Source of the DNA: Octopus vulgaris
Taxonomy: Eukaryota
Direction of reading: 5' to 3'
Length of the DNA: 64,000 nucleotides
NCBI GenBank assembly: GCA_951406725.2
Contig: OX597814.1
Location: 136,462,001 to 136,526,000 of the forward strand
The translations under genes were made by a program, and so were the position numbers. The notes under the pieces are model-generated. The model was not told where the DNA came from, made no database searches, and saw only the letters and a program-made list of their open reading frames with translations. Below are positions 52,301 through 64,000 of this stretch, piece by piece; position 1 is the first letter of the stretch, and each line of letters opens with the position of its first letter.

Positions 52301-52377
52301 CTCGAATCGTTATTATTTATACTTTATTCAGATCAGTCTATCTCTCCCAAGGGAGCGTCGTAACTCTCATCACAGCA
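49346..52377 (-). mobile_element. Gypsy-type LTR retrotransposon, internally deleted (gag and integrase remain, RT/RNaseH not seen)
   Basis: LTRs 49346-49620 and 52127-52377 (TGTTG...CA); PBS TGGTGACGAGG and PPT AAAAGGGGAGA on the minus strand; 5-bp TSD ATATG/GTATG. Integrase PWSRIHIDYVGP...YGIPDTLV*DN...TPPYYP...KSPAELM; gag-like TEIRARILCKLEQ. Confidence 0.92.
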
Positions 52378-53530
52378 GTATGCGATTTAGAACATTTAAT
52401 CTGAAGTTTTTAATCCCCAATTTTCTTAACACTAAGTCAAAAACATTTGGCACAGTTATCAAAGAGTTCCTTTGTGCTATTAATAAAGATATTGGACACA
52501 TCCAATGCATACACTGCATTTGGTCTAAACATTAGCATAAAAACGACAGCTGAAGAAACGTATGTGGAGCCTAAGATTTTCATAGGAATAAAAACACTAG
52601 AAGAAGCAGACAGCTCTATATTTCTTGGAAGTACACTATGTAAAGTTGGTACCCTTGACGCTGAAAAAAATCAGAAGATTACGAAAGGTAGCACTGCTAT
52701 CGGGAAACTTGAGAGACGAATCTGGACAGATCGGAGTATCACGAGAAACACGAAACTCGCAGTATATGAAACCTGTGTTCTTACAGCCCTGTTATACGGA
52801 TGCAAAACGTGCACAACTTACAGGCAGTATGTTAAGCAGTTGGAAAGCACTTATTAAACATAAAGCGAGCGCTTCTTAAACATAAAGTGATCGGCATACA
52901 TGTCTGATTTTCGCCATACTTCAGAAAGATGATGGCACCATTATTGAAAAAAAAGACAATTTTGAACCAAATTCGTTGGACTGGTCATGACGTTAGAATG
53001 AAAGACGGTAAGCTACTCAAACAAATATTTTATGGGAAACTGACCAGAGGGAGAAGGCTCTAGCGCAAATCTAGAAAGCGGTTTAAGGATGTCATAAAGA
53101 GCAACGTTAAGGCTGTGAAGATTGGTATAGATACGTGGGAAACATTGGCTGAAAGCCGTACATCATGGAGAGAGACTATCAAGTACAAGTGAGGCATCTT
53201 TGAGCAAAAACAGAAGAGGTACGCTGCTTTGAAGTGTTAATTCTGTAAGCAGGTTCGAAGGATAGTGTCTGCAGAAAACCAGTAGGAATTGAGTTCTAGC
53301 GCGTGTGGACAACTTCTTCTCTTAAATGTTGGGTTTGTCAGCCATCTAAAGTCACATGCGCCAAGGAGAAGTCGAGCTGCTATGAGATAGCTCTACCGTC
53401 ACGGGCACCGCGTTACATTTGCACTGAAAAGAGAAATAGATGTCACATTTGTGAACTTTCCTGCAGAACGATAACTGAACTGAAAAGCAAGCTGCATGCA
53501 CATGTTCGTTTCAGAGTTCAATGAAACGAT
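52378..53530 (+). mobile_element. RTE LINE ORF2 3' half, degenerate
   Basis: RFRT...TKSKT..TVIKEFLCAIN (decayed YADD), AFGLNISIK, FLGSTL, TKLAVYETCVLTALLYGC, RWTGH..RM, terminal CHICELSC...LHAH. Confidence 0.85.
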
Positions 53531-53544
53531 GCCATTTTTCTGAT

Positions 53545-53950
53545 AAGTAGTAGTAATCAACATGTGTATATGTATGTATGCATGCATGTATGTATATATG
53601 TATGTATGTATGTATATATGTATATATGTATGTATGTATGTATGCATGTATGTATGAATGCATCTATGTATGTATATTTGTACGTATTTATACATATATA
53701 TATATTCATGTATGTACACATGTATGTATGCATGTATGTATGTATGCATGGATGCATATATGCATGCATGTATGTATGTATGAATGTATGAATGCATGTA
53801 TGAATGTATGTACTCATGCATGCATGCCTGTATATATCTATGTATACATGTATGTATGCATGTATGTACACATGTATGTATGCATGTGTGTATGTATACA
53901 TGCAGGCAAGGATGTACGTATGTATATATGTATGTATATATATATTTATG
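53545..53950. repeat. Degenerate (TATG)n microsatellite
   Basis: Read directly from the sequence. Confidence 0.95.
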
Positions 53951-54089
53951 AATGTATCGGGCTCTTTTGCTAAACCGGTCAGTTACGGGGTCGCAAACAC
54001 ACTAACACCGGTCCACGAGAGGTGCTTGGGACCAGACACAGACACGTACACACATATGTATGTCGCATTGACAATAAGAGAGAAAGTTA

Positions 54090-54769
54090 TCACGGCGATA
54101 CCTGCTCAGAGGCCTACGCAAAGTTACAGAAAGTATATTGTGAGAAGGGTATGAGCCGCACACAAGTGTACGGGTGGTTCAGACGTTTCCACGATGGCGG
54201 AAAAAATGTCGATAGTAACAAGCATTCTGGGAGACCCGCAACGAACAGAACTGAGAAAAATATCACAATTGTGCTTGCAGCTCTGAAGGGAAATCGTCGA
54301 ATCACCATACGACAGTTATCAAAATATGTGCAAATTAGTTACAACTCAGTTCAGTCCATTATCACTGAAGATTTGGGAAGGAGACGCGTGTCTACCAAAT
54401 TTGTGCTAAAACTGCTTTCACCTGACCAAAAACACACTCGGGTTTCAGTTGTACATCTCCTTGATTGTGTCGAGAACAAAGAAAACTTTTTGAAACCTTT
54501 GCGTCGGCTTCTGAACAGGTATCGCCAAAATTTTGGTGAAAATTTGATGCAGATCCTCTGCTCAACTTTCTCTGTTGTGGTCAATGCGACGAACAAACGC
54601 TACACATGTTACTTCAATGCACTTTTGTAAACAGCAAAAGTAAGCTAGAACGTTGAAACTTATTGCGCATGTACTGCAGAGTAGGTCAGTCTGTTCCAAC
54701 CGACTTCACTCTCTATGCTTTAGCTTCGTTACTATGGCGACAGTCCGCATACTTATTAACCAGACCTCG
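54090..54769. mobile_element. Fold-back mariner derivative (plus-strand N-terminal fragment plus inverted 5' end)
   Basis: Plus strand: GDTCSEAYAKLQKVY..MSRTQVYGWFRRF..HSGRP..RRITIRQL..KFVLKLLSPDQK. Minus strand 54490-54769: EKVEQRICIKF..GDTCSEA, ending CAGACCTCG-TA. Confidence 0.82.
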
Positions 54770-55619
54770 TATGTATGTAAGGTCGGAATTCAGAAAGTAT
54801 TGAAAAAATTAAGATGTCTGAATCGATATTGCCATTCTGCTTCAAGAGATCCTTACAATGACAACCCAACAAAGTACTGGGGTCGTTATCTTCGAATATG
54901 TTACTTCAGCTGCAAAGTTTGAAAACCAGAAAACGGATAAAAAAATACAAGAAGAATTTAACTGTCAATTAGTTGGAAAATGCGTGTAAGGCAGCAAAAG
55001 TAGATATTCTAAACCAACATTAATCAGCGCCAAAAAAGAGAAAAAAAAAGATTTTTGAAAATGATAGATTTATAACGTCCCCCGACTGCGGGTTGTTATA
55101 CAAGTTCTTTCAGTGACAACTATATTTTTCCATCAAAACTGAAATCTAGCAGTGTCGTATAGTAATGATGATTTATGCTAGTTTAATAAATAATAATAGT
55201 TTGCTGATGTATTACATGTAAAATGTCTATGAGACGAAGCGAACTTCATACAGCAAACCAAATTCTTTTCTCAATTCTTCAAAAAATGTCTCAATTTAGA
55301 GTACCTTTTGAGATCTAGATAGGATCAGAAATCCTGAGTTAAGTATTGCCAAGGATGCATCATAAAACCAATTAAAGTATATGATTTACTAGGACTCAAA
55401 ATGTGGAAGACGAAATTGATTATGTATTCAGTTTTTACCACACGTATGACAAATATTTTAATTGGAAGGTGTATAACTAATTGAGTATCGATCATACTGT
55501 ATTTTTCTCGGTATCTCTGAGAAGCAACTCTTCAGAGAGCCTTGAAAATTTGAAAGTAACTTAACAACAAAAAAATTGCCTTGCGTGTGACAAGTCCTCT
55601 ACATCCGCAATAAGGGGAA

Positions 55620-58140
55620 CAAGCAGACTCGGAGTCTTAGACGAATAGTGATGCGACGGCAAAACTTCGTGTCTCACCGTTTTTTGAAACTTGATTAAGT
55701 ATAAATAGAACAACCGGTTTAACACCACCAATTATCATTCAGGATCCTTTAACCGATCCTGAGGAAGACACTACAAAAAACTATTATATGCAAATGTATT
55801 TCGGCAAAACCACGAGAGAGGAGTGAGCGACACGGGCCCCGATCGAAAAATACCTAATACCAGTCTGGGGGTTAAAAAAACTGGCGTTGCTTGTGGAAGA
55901 CGCTTTGGCACAATTGAAGAATTAGTCAGAAAAAGTGCAACAACAACTATCAAAACAGAAGAATTGCAGAGGTACCATCAAAAGTGGATATCTGTTTTCT
56001 GGTAGAAGCCGAATTACATGGAATAGAGAACGTAGCAATAATTTTCCAAGTGCACAAAATGGGAAAGGAAAATTAATCTCGCACAGAAATAAAATTATTG
56101 ACACACGTCGATTAGAGGAGTACTGAAGTCATCCCTGACCAGATCAACCTTCCTAATGTTCACAGCTATTCGTAGACGTCGAGGGTAGAAAGCCAAGATG
56201 CACCATTTGTAGCGAGAAAAACCACCTAAAGGACTTCTACCCCATGCAAAGAAAAGGAAATCAATCTCTGGATTCTCTAGACGCTTCTAACACAACAACA
56301 ACAGTATCAAAAGCAACAGCAGTTCCACTACCAAAAAACAATGCAAACAACATAGTTTTGGGAGTAGTAGCATTCAAATCAACAACAGCATTAACAGAAA
56401 GAGAAGCAGGAGAGATGCATTCAACAATATCAGTAGTAAGCACTGTTACCACACAAGAGAAAAACAGTAACATCACCTGCACCATCGAAACCGAGAGAAA
56501 TCTCACCAACACCAGTCAAGCAGGCCACCAGTTTTGAAATGCACGCCTGCCACAGATTTCGCCGATTGTGAAAACTCATCCTGCGAGGAAAACAGTTTGG
56601 ACACACAGAAACAAACAACCCGTCACACATTCACACACCGTACACCAACGCAATTACAAACATACATCTCTAACAGTAAAACACCACCAACGTTACAAAC
56701 AGCTCAACAAACAAAAACACATAGAATTCCACGCGAATAACCTGGACAGAATTTCCAAGGTATCATCAATTACACGATGAAGGACACAAGCAAACAAGAA
56801 TTCAATAAAGCTTATGAAAAATTACACAGATATTACTCTAAATGAATCCATCGCACCTCCGCATAACACTCCTCTACATATAACATTATAAAAACAACGC
56901 GCAATAAGCTTACAACAAACTAAAAGCATAATATGCCGAAGGAATAGATTTCCGTGCGACCTAAAACAAAACACTCTACAAAAATTGCTTGAGGAGACAC
57001 CCATAAATAGTCAGAAGGAAAGAACACCGTCTCACCACAAGTGAAGATTCTCTTCATTTCCTTTCTCTCTTATAAACATGGTCTTGTTCGGAATAGGTAG
57101 TATAAACGCACTAGGTCTGGAGTGACTTTGGAAACAGGACCACTTATCCAAGTATAAATATTGTGGCTCCAAAATTTCCATGGTAACAGGATGTCGATTA
57201 TTTGGACCTTGGAGGTTTTCCTGGGAAAGTCTCAACCTTTAGTACTAATGGGTGACAAGAACGCCATCTTGGACACACGCTTAGATTGTTTGGGGAAAGG
57301 TGTTAAAGAAGGGGGTATAAAATCCTCAGAAAACAATTCAGACGCTTTCAACTGTCTGACAAGTATGAATTAGATTTCCCGACTGTGCCAGTGTGAACAT
57401 AAACGAACCGTATGGGCCAACTAGGTGGTATCTAAATAGAGTAATTTGTAGGCTAATGAATATGGATAGCATAAGTTGTCAACTTTTCAAAACAGTTGGC
57501 CTCCCAGACCACAAGTTTGTGATCTGTACAGTCGACCTAGATAGACTTCGTAAGCAGGGACCCGATCACAGGAAGCTGAACGCATCACTTCTGCATGCCA
57601 AGCTTAGCGTGACTGGATTAGAGAATTAGTTAAGTGGGCGTTGATGGGGTCAATCCTCAACAACAAATGGTGCTTTGCTCTGAAAAGGGCTATTAGAGTA
57701 AAATCTATTAAGTTTAATATGGCATTTGCAATAGGAAGTAATAGAATAGAGGGAAACTTAGAAACGTAGAAGTGGTGCTTAGGAAAGTCATGAACAATTG
57801 ACGTTGATCCGGGACCAATTCTTCAACGCTAAGCACGAAAGATGCATTGACAAAGCAAAGGCGCACGCTCTAAGAAACGAGAAAACGAAAGGGCTTTGAG
57901 GGGGCTGAGTGACAGAGGTGCAACATGGCAACAAAGCCACATTGGGTGCATTCTACTCGAGCCCGAGCGGATGTGTGCGGCACTTCAGCAGCATTTCACT
58001 CACCTGTTTGGGACGAATATCTGTCCGGAATGATGGGCTGCATGGGGTGCAAATCGCCTGGTTTGTGTGGTTTTCCTCATGAGCTTTATTCTTTAATGTC
58101 AGACTTGTTTTGTGGTTTCTTGCTTGATCAAGTATGTCTT
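55620..58140 (+). mobile_element. Tx1/L1-group LINE, degenerate ORF1 and ORF2 5' part
   Basis: ORF1 zinc knuckle VEGRKPRCTICSEKNHLK. APE endonuclease motifs SINALGL, LMGDKNAILD, YLNRV, PDHKFV and RKLNASLL, then KSPGLCGFPHELY. Confidence 0.75.
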
Positions 58141-58395
58141 TAATCGAAGTTATTCTAATCCGGATCATCACCCATATTTTTTTTTATTTTGCGTCAGGGA
58201 TTACACTGTTCAATATAACCATATTTTTAAAATCATCTTTTCTGTTAAATGACGCTTAGAGAAGAGTTGGTTGTATGAGTTTAATGAAATGTGGTTGCTA
58301 CTTCTAGTAGATCAGAAACGACATCGAGGCAGATTCTCTCGTTGTCTCCACCAATTATTATTATTACAAGTAGTCATTAGCTCTAGCATATATAC

Positions 58396-58457
<62 letters not shown>

Positions 58458-59117
58458 ATGTATGTATGTATGAATGTAATTAAAAGTTTGTTTGTTCAGT
58501 TTTAGTTTGCAGTTGCCAAGATGCAGATACCACATCACTGCATTTATTTTAAATAGGTCACCGAATTCCCCGCTTGTAATTCTGTTGCTGAGGGTTTTTC
58601 ATCAACAACTGCTATAATGGCTTCACTCTGATGGGAAATATAAAGAAAATAATAAATATTGGTTTGTTTTTCTTTTTCAGAGTCTGATGTTGAGAAGAGT
58701 TAAAGAGAAAAGTAAAAAAAAAAAAAAAGAAAAAAGAAAGAAAAAAAAAGAGAAAAAAAAAGCACTATGAAAGTCAGCAAGACAAAGATTTAGTGAAACT
58801 AGTAAACTGGTGGTTGAGAATTGTAGAATATGTCTTAGATTCAATGTATCAAATTTGGCATTTTTTAAACAAATATTTTAAAGAAAATATTTCGAATAGT
58901 TTGTCGGTTTAGAGAAAAATAAAAACATTACTCAGGAAAATAAGCATCAGAATAAACGAAGGAATGCGCAAGGACACGTACAAACAATCCTACATATATG
59001 CGTATATGTATATTTGCATATATGTATATTGCGTGAGTATATATATGAAGATTGCATAGTTTAATGCATGAAAGTACTAGTTCAATCAGAATGGACATTT
59101 AATAGTCTATCATTTCA

Positions 59118-59765
59118 AAGCAGTGAGCTGGCAGAAACGTTAGCAAAGCGGCGAGCTGGCGAAATGCTTAGCAGTATTTCGTGTGTCTTTACGTTCTGAG
59201 TTCAAAATCCGCCGAGGTCGAATTTGCCTTTCATCCTTTCGGGGTCGATAAATCAAGTACCAGTTGCATACTGGGATCGATATAATCAACTGGTCCCTCC
59301 TCAAAATTTTCGGGCCTTGTGCGGAGACTAGAAAAGAATGTTCTATCATTTCGGCGGCGAGCTGGCAGAAGCGTTAGCACGCCGGGCGAAATGCTTGGCG
59401 ATATTTCGTCTGCCGTTACGTTCTGAGTTCAAATTCCGCCGAGGTCGACTTTGCCTTTCATCCTTTCGGGGTCGATAAATTAAGTACCAGTTACGAACTG
59501 GGGTCGATATAATCGACTTAATCCGTTTGTCTGTCCTTGTTTGTCCTCTCTGTGTTTAGCTCCCTGTGGGTAGTAAAGAAATAGGTATTTCGTTTGTCTT
59601 TACGTTCTGATTTCAAATTCCGCCGAGGTGGACTTCGCTTTTCTTCATTTCGGGATCGATTAAATAAGTACCAGTTATGCACTGGAGTGGATTTAATCGA
59701 CTTAATCCCGTTGTCTGTCCTTGTTTGTACCCTCTATGTTTATCCCCCTGTGGGCAATAAAGAAA
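59118..59765 (+). mobile_element. SINE family A cluster (monomer 59118-59335; head plus two body units 59352-59765)
   Basis: Same head and body motifs as 29216. Confidence 0.9.
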
Positions 59766-59799
59766 TATAAGTATGTATATATAATCGCTTATTTGCTTC

Positions 59800-59931
59800 T
59801 GTGGCCTTTCCTATAGCATCGCCTTGAAGGGTTTTATCGAACAAATCAATCTCTGCTAATCTTTTCAAAGTCTGGGACTTATTCTATCGATCCCTTTTGT
59901 CGAAGTGATTGTCAAGCGGTGGAGACAAACA

Positions 59932-59977
<46 letters not shown>

Positions 59978-60165
59978 AACAAACAAACAAACACAGAGAC
60001 ACATACGGCGGGCTTCCACGCTCCCCACATTTTTTTGTCTATCTAATTCACTTACAAGGTATTGCTCGGCCCTTTGACAATAGTAAAAGAATTTGCCCAT
60101 GGCACCATGCAGGAGGACGGAACGGGACACCTCGTGGTTGCAAAACGTGTTTCTCAACTACACAA
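59800..60165 (-). mobile_element. SINE family B, degenerate
   Basis: GCCTTGAAGGGTTTTATCGAACAAATC...TTGCCCATGGCACCATGCAG. Confidence 0.65.
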
Positions 60166-60284
60166 CAATACCTACCTGCCTGCCTGCCTGCCTATCTATC
60201 TACCTACCTACCTACCTATCTACCTACCTACATAGATACATACATATATGCATACACATACATACTTACATACTTATATATACA

Positions 60285-60334
<50 letters not shown>

Positions 60335-60819
60335 ATATATATTGGGGGTGGGCTACATGTGGATCTCAAATATAGTTTGCATCAGGTCCGTTAAATTTAT
60401 TGTTTCCAAAACATCATTACTAGAGGGCAGGTTAGTCAAAAATCAAAAGACGGGGCTTTATTATTTGGTCGGAGTTGTTTTGATTTAACTGACAAGTCTG
60501 TGACATAAAGGAAACCAATTCCTTACACGAGTCGTCCATTTTCTGTTCAACTAAACCTCTTACATTTCTTTCAATGGGCCTGAAGTCAGACTAATTGACT
60601 GTCTAAGGAAACACTTTATTATGACAAACAGCAAACAAGTCAGTGAATGTTTCAGCTCTATATACAGATGCAAAATCCTACGGTAACGAAAATTTTGCAT
60701 TATGAAATAATATTTTCACTGACGAAAGCAAGGTATGCTCCAAGAGCTCTTGGCAGACTGCCCCATTGACAATGACCCTAAAGAAATACGGTGGTCTATC
60801 TGCCTGCAACATGGAACCC

Positions 60820-61207
60820 GAGCTGGGCGAAATGCGTAGCCCTATTTCGACTGCCGCTACGTTCTGAGTTCAAATTCCGCCGAGGTTGACTTTGCCTTTC
60901 ATCCTTTCGGGGTCGATAAATTAAGTACCAGTTACGCACTGGAGTCGATATAATCGACTTAATCCCTTTGTCCCTCCTTGTTTGTCTTCTCTGTGTTTAG
61001 CCCCTTTTGGGTAGTAAAGAAATCGGTATTTCGTCTGCCGCTACGCTCTGAGTTCAAATTCCACCGAGGTGGACTTTGCCTTTCACCCTTTTAGGGTCGA
61101 TTAAATAAGTACCAGTTACGCACTGGGGTTGATATAATCGACTTAATCCGTTTGTCTGTCCTTGTTTGTCCCCTCTATGTTTAGCCCTTTATGGGCAATA
61201 AAGAAAT
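60820..61207 (+). mobile_element. SINE family A with two tandem body units
   Basis: Two units of TATTTCG(A/T)CTGCCGCTACG(T/C)TCTGAGTTCAAATTCC...AAGTACCAGTTACGCACTGG...AAAGAAAT. Confidence 0.9.
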
Positions 61208-61627
61208 AAGGAACCCAAATCATCACTGAAATAATAACTTGCCACTGGTGTTCACATTGCTATCGTTCTGTGACACTCAACGCTCCTCTGCATTCTAATA
61301 TCCTGGTTTGCAAAACTACTCTTTAAGTGTTTGAGTGGAAGAAATCATATTTCTATGTTCGATTTTTATTTATTTATTTATTTTGGTTTTGGGCTTTTTT
61401 CCTTTTTTGCTGTTTTTATTGACTAGCAGTTATTCTCTTTTGCCACTGGAATGAAAAAGAATAATTACATTGTAAATTCTACACCGCTGAAAACATATTA
61501 AGACGCTTAGATCAGAAATATTGACAAATTCGACAAAAATTCAAAGCGGTGCCCCAGCATGGCCGCAGTCTAATGACTGAAACAAGTAAAGAGATAAAAA
61601 AGTATACATACATACATATATATACAT

Positions 61628-61681
<54 letters not shown>

Positions 61682-61685
<4 letters not shown>

Positions 61686-61909
61686 AAACAAGTCAAAAAT
61701 AGAAAATGCTAAAATAATTTTATAGTGAACATTTCAGTACCGGTTTCGGTCATTTTGAGACCTTTTCAACTGTAACGATTAAATAATTAAATTTAGAAAA
61801 ATTAGAAGAAAAGTTTTTTAAAAGGAATATTTCTATAGTAGTGTTCAGATATAAGTGGCATTCTGCCTTTCTCTGACTCCCTTGTTTGCACTTGTGTGTT
61901 GGAGGTCGT

Positions 61910-61912
<3 letters not shown>
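61682..61912 (-). mobile_element. Short Penelope-like repeat in (TA)n (second copy 63220-63340 plus 63749-63862)
   Basis: The two copies align by eye (AAGTCAA..AATGCTAAAATA..CATTTCAG..GTTTCGGTCATT..TTTTCAACTGTAA..GAGGTCGTTG). The second is split by a SINE. Confidence 0.75.
61732..61775 (-). ncRNA. Minimal type I hammerhead ribozyme, U3:A8 covariant core
   Basis: UUACAG-UUGAAAA-GGUC(UCAAAAU)GACC-GAAA-C(CG)G-UA^CUGAAA, with palindromic ACCGGU as stem III. Confidence 0.7.
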
Positions 61913-61940
<28 letters not shown>

Positions 61941-61943
<3 letters not shown>

Positions 61944-63120
61944 GGTGCAGACGGTATTTGAAGACATGCATTTTTAGTCATTATTTTATTTGACTAATTT
62001 CTCTTGAACTTCTATTTCAGAAAATAACAATGGCATGCCCTATGCTTACTAGCGAAATGAAAATGTATCCCGTGATTGTGCCATTGAAGGCTAAGCGTGG
62101 TGATTTAGAAATTTCTCGTTTTCTGGAAGTGGCAAAATCTTTAATCTACAAGATTCGGTGTGAGTTAGAGAAAGAAGATGGAAGTGTATTACCCGCATCA
62201 AAATGTAAAAAACATTCCAACCGCTCCGATTTTCTCAGGACACTTTAATTTATTCAGAAAAAATTAAACAAAATGTTGTAGACAATCCAGAAAAATCAAT
62301 GAGGTCAATTGCAAAACAATTTCGTGTGTTAGAAAAAACGAAATAGAAATGTTGTGCACGAAGGCATCAGATACAAATCTTACGTGATGTGGAGAGGTCA
62401 ATTTATGTCAATAAAGAAAGAAGGGAAACCGTTTAATCAGATCCAAAAGACATTTAAACAAACTTAAAAATACATCAGAAGATGGTGCGATTCGTTTTTT
62501 CTAAGATGAGAAAAAACTTTGACCGGGACAAGAAAACTAAGAGAACAAATGACAGATGGCTATGTGCAGACCCTTCTGAGCTTCCAAGAGTAATGCACAC
62601 AAACTTTCCTGCAAGTGTCATGGTTTTGGGTATTGTTAGCAATGAAGGACATGTGATGACTCCTCACTTTTTTCCACTGCGTATATTGAGGTTCTGGATA
62701 AAGTTGTTAAGCCTTGGATCAACAGTGAATGCAATGGAAGGCCTTGTGTCTTTCAACAAGATTCTGCACCATCACACAAGACTCAAATGACACAAGAATG
62801 GACGGCCGACAATTTGCATGAATACATCAGCCCTAACATTTGGCCTCCTAACTCTCCAAATCTCTATCCACTGGACTACTACGTGTGGAGCATCGCTGAG
62901 AAAAATGTCAATTAACATCCCTATAGCATTAAAGATCCTCTGAAAGCCGCCATAGTTTGAGTCATGTCCGATAGGAACAAGGATCACCTAATCCGCTTGT
63001 AAACGATTTTGACACCGTTTTATGCCTATGTTATTTTTATAAAAATACAGTTTCTTTTCTCTTATTATATAAGCGTTTTTTTAAACCATAAAGCTGTCCT
63101 CAAATACTGTCCGCACCCTG
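61941..63120 (+). mobile_element. maT (DD37D) transposon with both TIRs and a degenerate transposase
   Basis: TIRs CAGGGTGCAGACGGTATTTGAAGACA / TGTCCTCAAATACTGTCCGCACCCTG in (TA)n. FQQDSAPSH...WPPNSPNLYPLDYYVW has 37 residues between the two D. Confidence 0.92.
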
Positions 63121-63173
63121 TATATATATATATATATATATATATATCAGGTTGAAAAGGAACACACGAGTTG

Positions 63174-63221
<48 letters not shown>

Positions 63222-63340
63222 AAAAAAGTCAAGGTAGGAAATGCTAAAATATTTTATAAAAAACATTTCAGACCAGTTTCGGTCATTGAGACTTTTTCAA
63301 CTGTAAGTATGGAAAACAATTAAATTTTGGAAAAGTTAAA

Positions 63341-63748
63341 TACTCTTTTTACTCTTTTACTTGTTTCAGTCATTTGACTGCGGCCATGCTGGAGCACCGC
63401 CTTTAGTCGACCAAATCGACCCCGGGACTTATTCTTTGTAAGCCCAGTACTTATTCTATCGGTCTCTTTTGCCGAACCGCTAAGTGACGGGGACGTAAAC
63501 ACACCAGCATCGGTTATCAAGCAATGCTAGGGGGACAAACACAGACACACAAACACACACAGACATATATATATACATATATACGACAGGCTTCTTTCAG
63601 TTTCCGTCTACCAAATCCACTCACAAGGCATTGGTCGGCCCGGGGCTATAGCAGAAGACATTTGCCCAAGATGCCACGCAGTGGGACTGAACCCGGAACC
63701 ATGTGGTTGGTTAGCAAGCTACTTACCACACAGCCACTCCTGCGCCTA
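63341..63748 (-). mobile_element. SINE family B, full length and little diverged
   Basis: Head GGCGCAGGAGTGGCTGTGTGGTAAG..GGTTCAGTCCC, body, and (AAAAGAGT)n-like tail. Confidence 0.92.
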
Positions 63749-63864
63749 TGAAAAGTTTTCCAAAAGAATATTTGCATAGTATTTAAATACAAGGGGCATT
63801 TTCCTTGTTTCTGCCTGTCTCTGTGTCTCTTCTTTACTCTTGTGGGTTCGAGGTCGTTGTGAAT

Positions 63865-63988
63865 TCTTCTTCTTCTTCTTCATTTCTTCTTCTTCTTCTT
63901 CTTCTTCTTCTTCTTCTTCTTCTTCTTCTTCTTCTTCTTCTTCTTCTTCTTCTTCTTCTTCTTCTTCTTCTTCTTCTTCTTCTTCTTC
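63865..63988. repeat. (TTC)n microsatellite
   Basis: Read directly from the sequence. Confidence 0.97.
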
Positions 63989-64000
63989 TCTGCCAAGAAT

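Noticed and set aside
56244-56780. Thr/Asn/Gln-rich ORFs as a host gene
   Set aside because: They lie between a zinc knuckle and APE endonuclease motifs, so they are the low-complexity tail of a LINE ORF1.
58660-58720. Strong plus-strand splice acceptor TTTTTCTTTTTCAG with a possible micro-exon
   Set aside because: Weak donor (GTAAAA) and no supporting neighbouring exons; such motifs are common in AT-rich DNA.

Overview
AT-rich eukaryotic (metazoan) intergenic or intronic DNA with one 100-N scaffold gap. The repeat landscape of tRNA-derived SINE families, RTE/CR1/Tx1/R4 LINEs, Penelope-like elements and dense (TA)n/(CA)n/(TACA)n/(GATA)n tracts suggests a cephalopod, probably Octopus; this is inference only. 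I found no host protein-coding gene, and most ORFs in the track are microsatellite translations. Recognisable coding remnants all come from transposons: RTE, CR1-like, Tx1-like and R4/Dong-like LINEs, a deleted Gypsy LTR element, Penelope RT and GIY-YIG pieces, a near-intact IR/DR Tc1, mariners and maT elements. The strongest signal is non-coding: many type I hammerhead ribozyme (HHR) motifs from several unrelated Penelope-like repeat families. Canonical ones lie at 21318-21377(+), 46831-46951(+) and 41240-41357(-), with a U3:A8 covariant at 61732-61775(-) and further degenerate or variant copies. Two unrelated short non-coding elements share one architecture: an upstream inverted copy covers only the 3' half of the ribozyme, so fold-back would mask the cleavage site. 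All structures were folded by eye, and none was tested computationally or experimentally.
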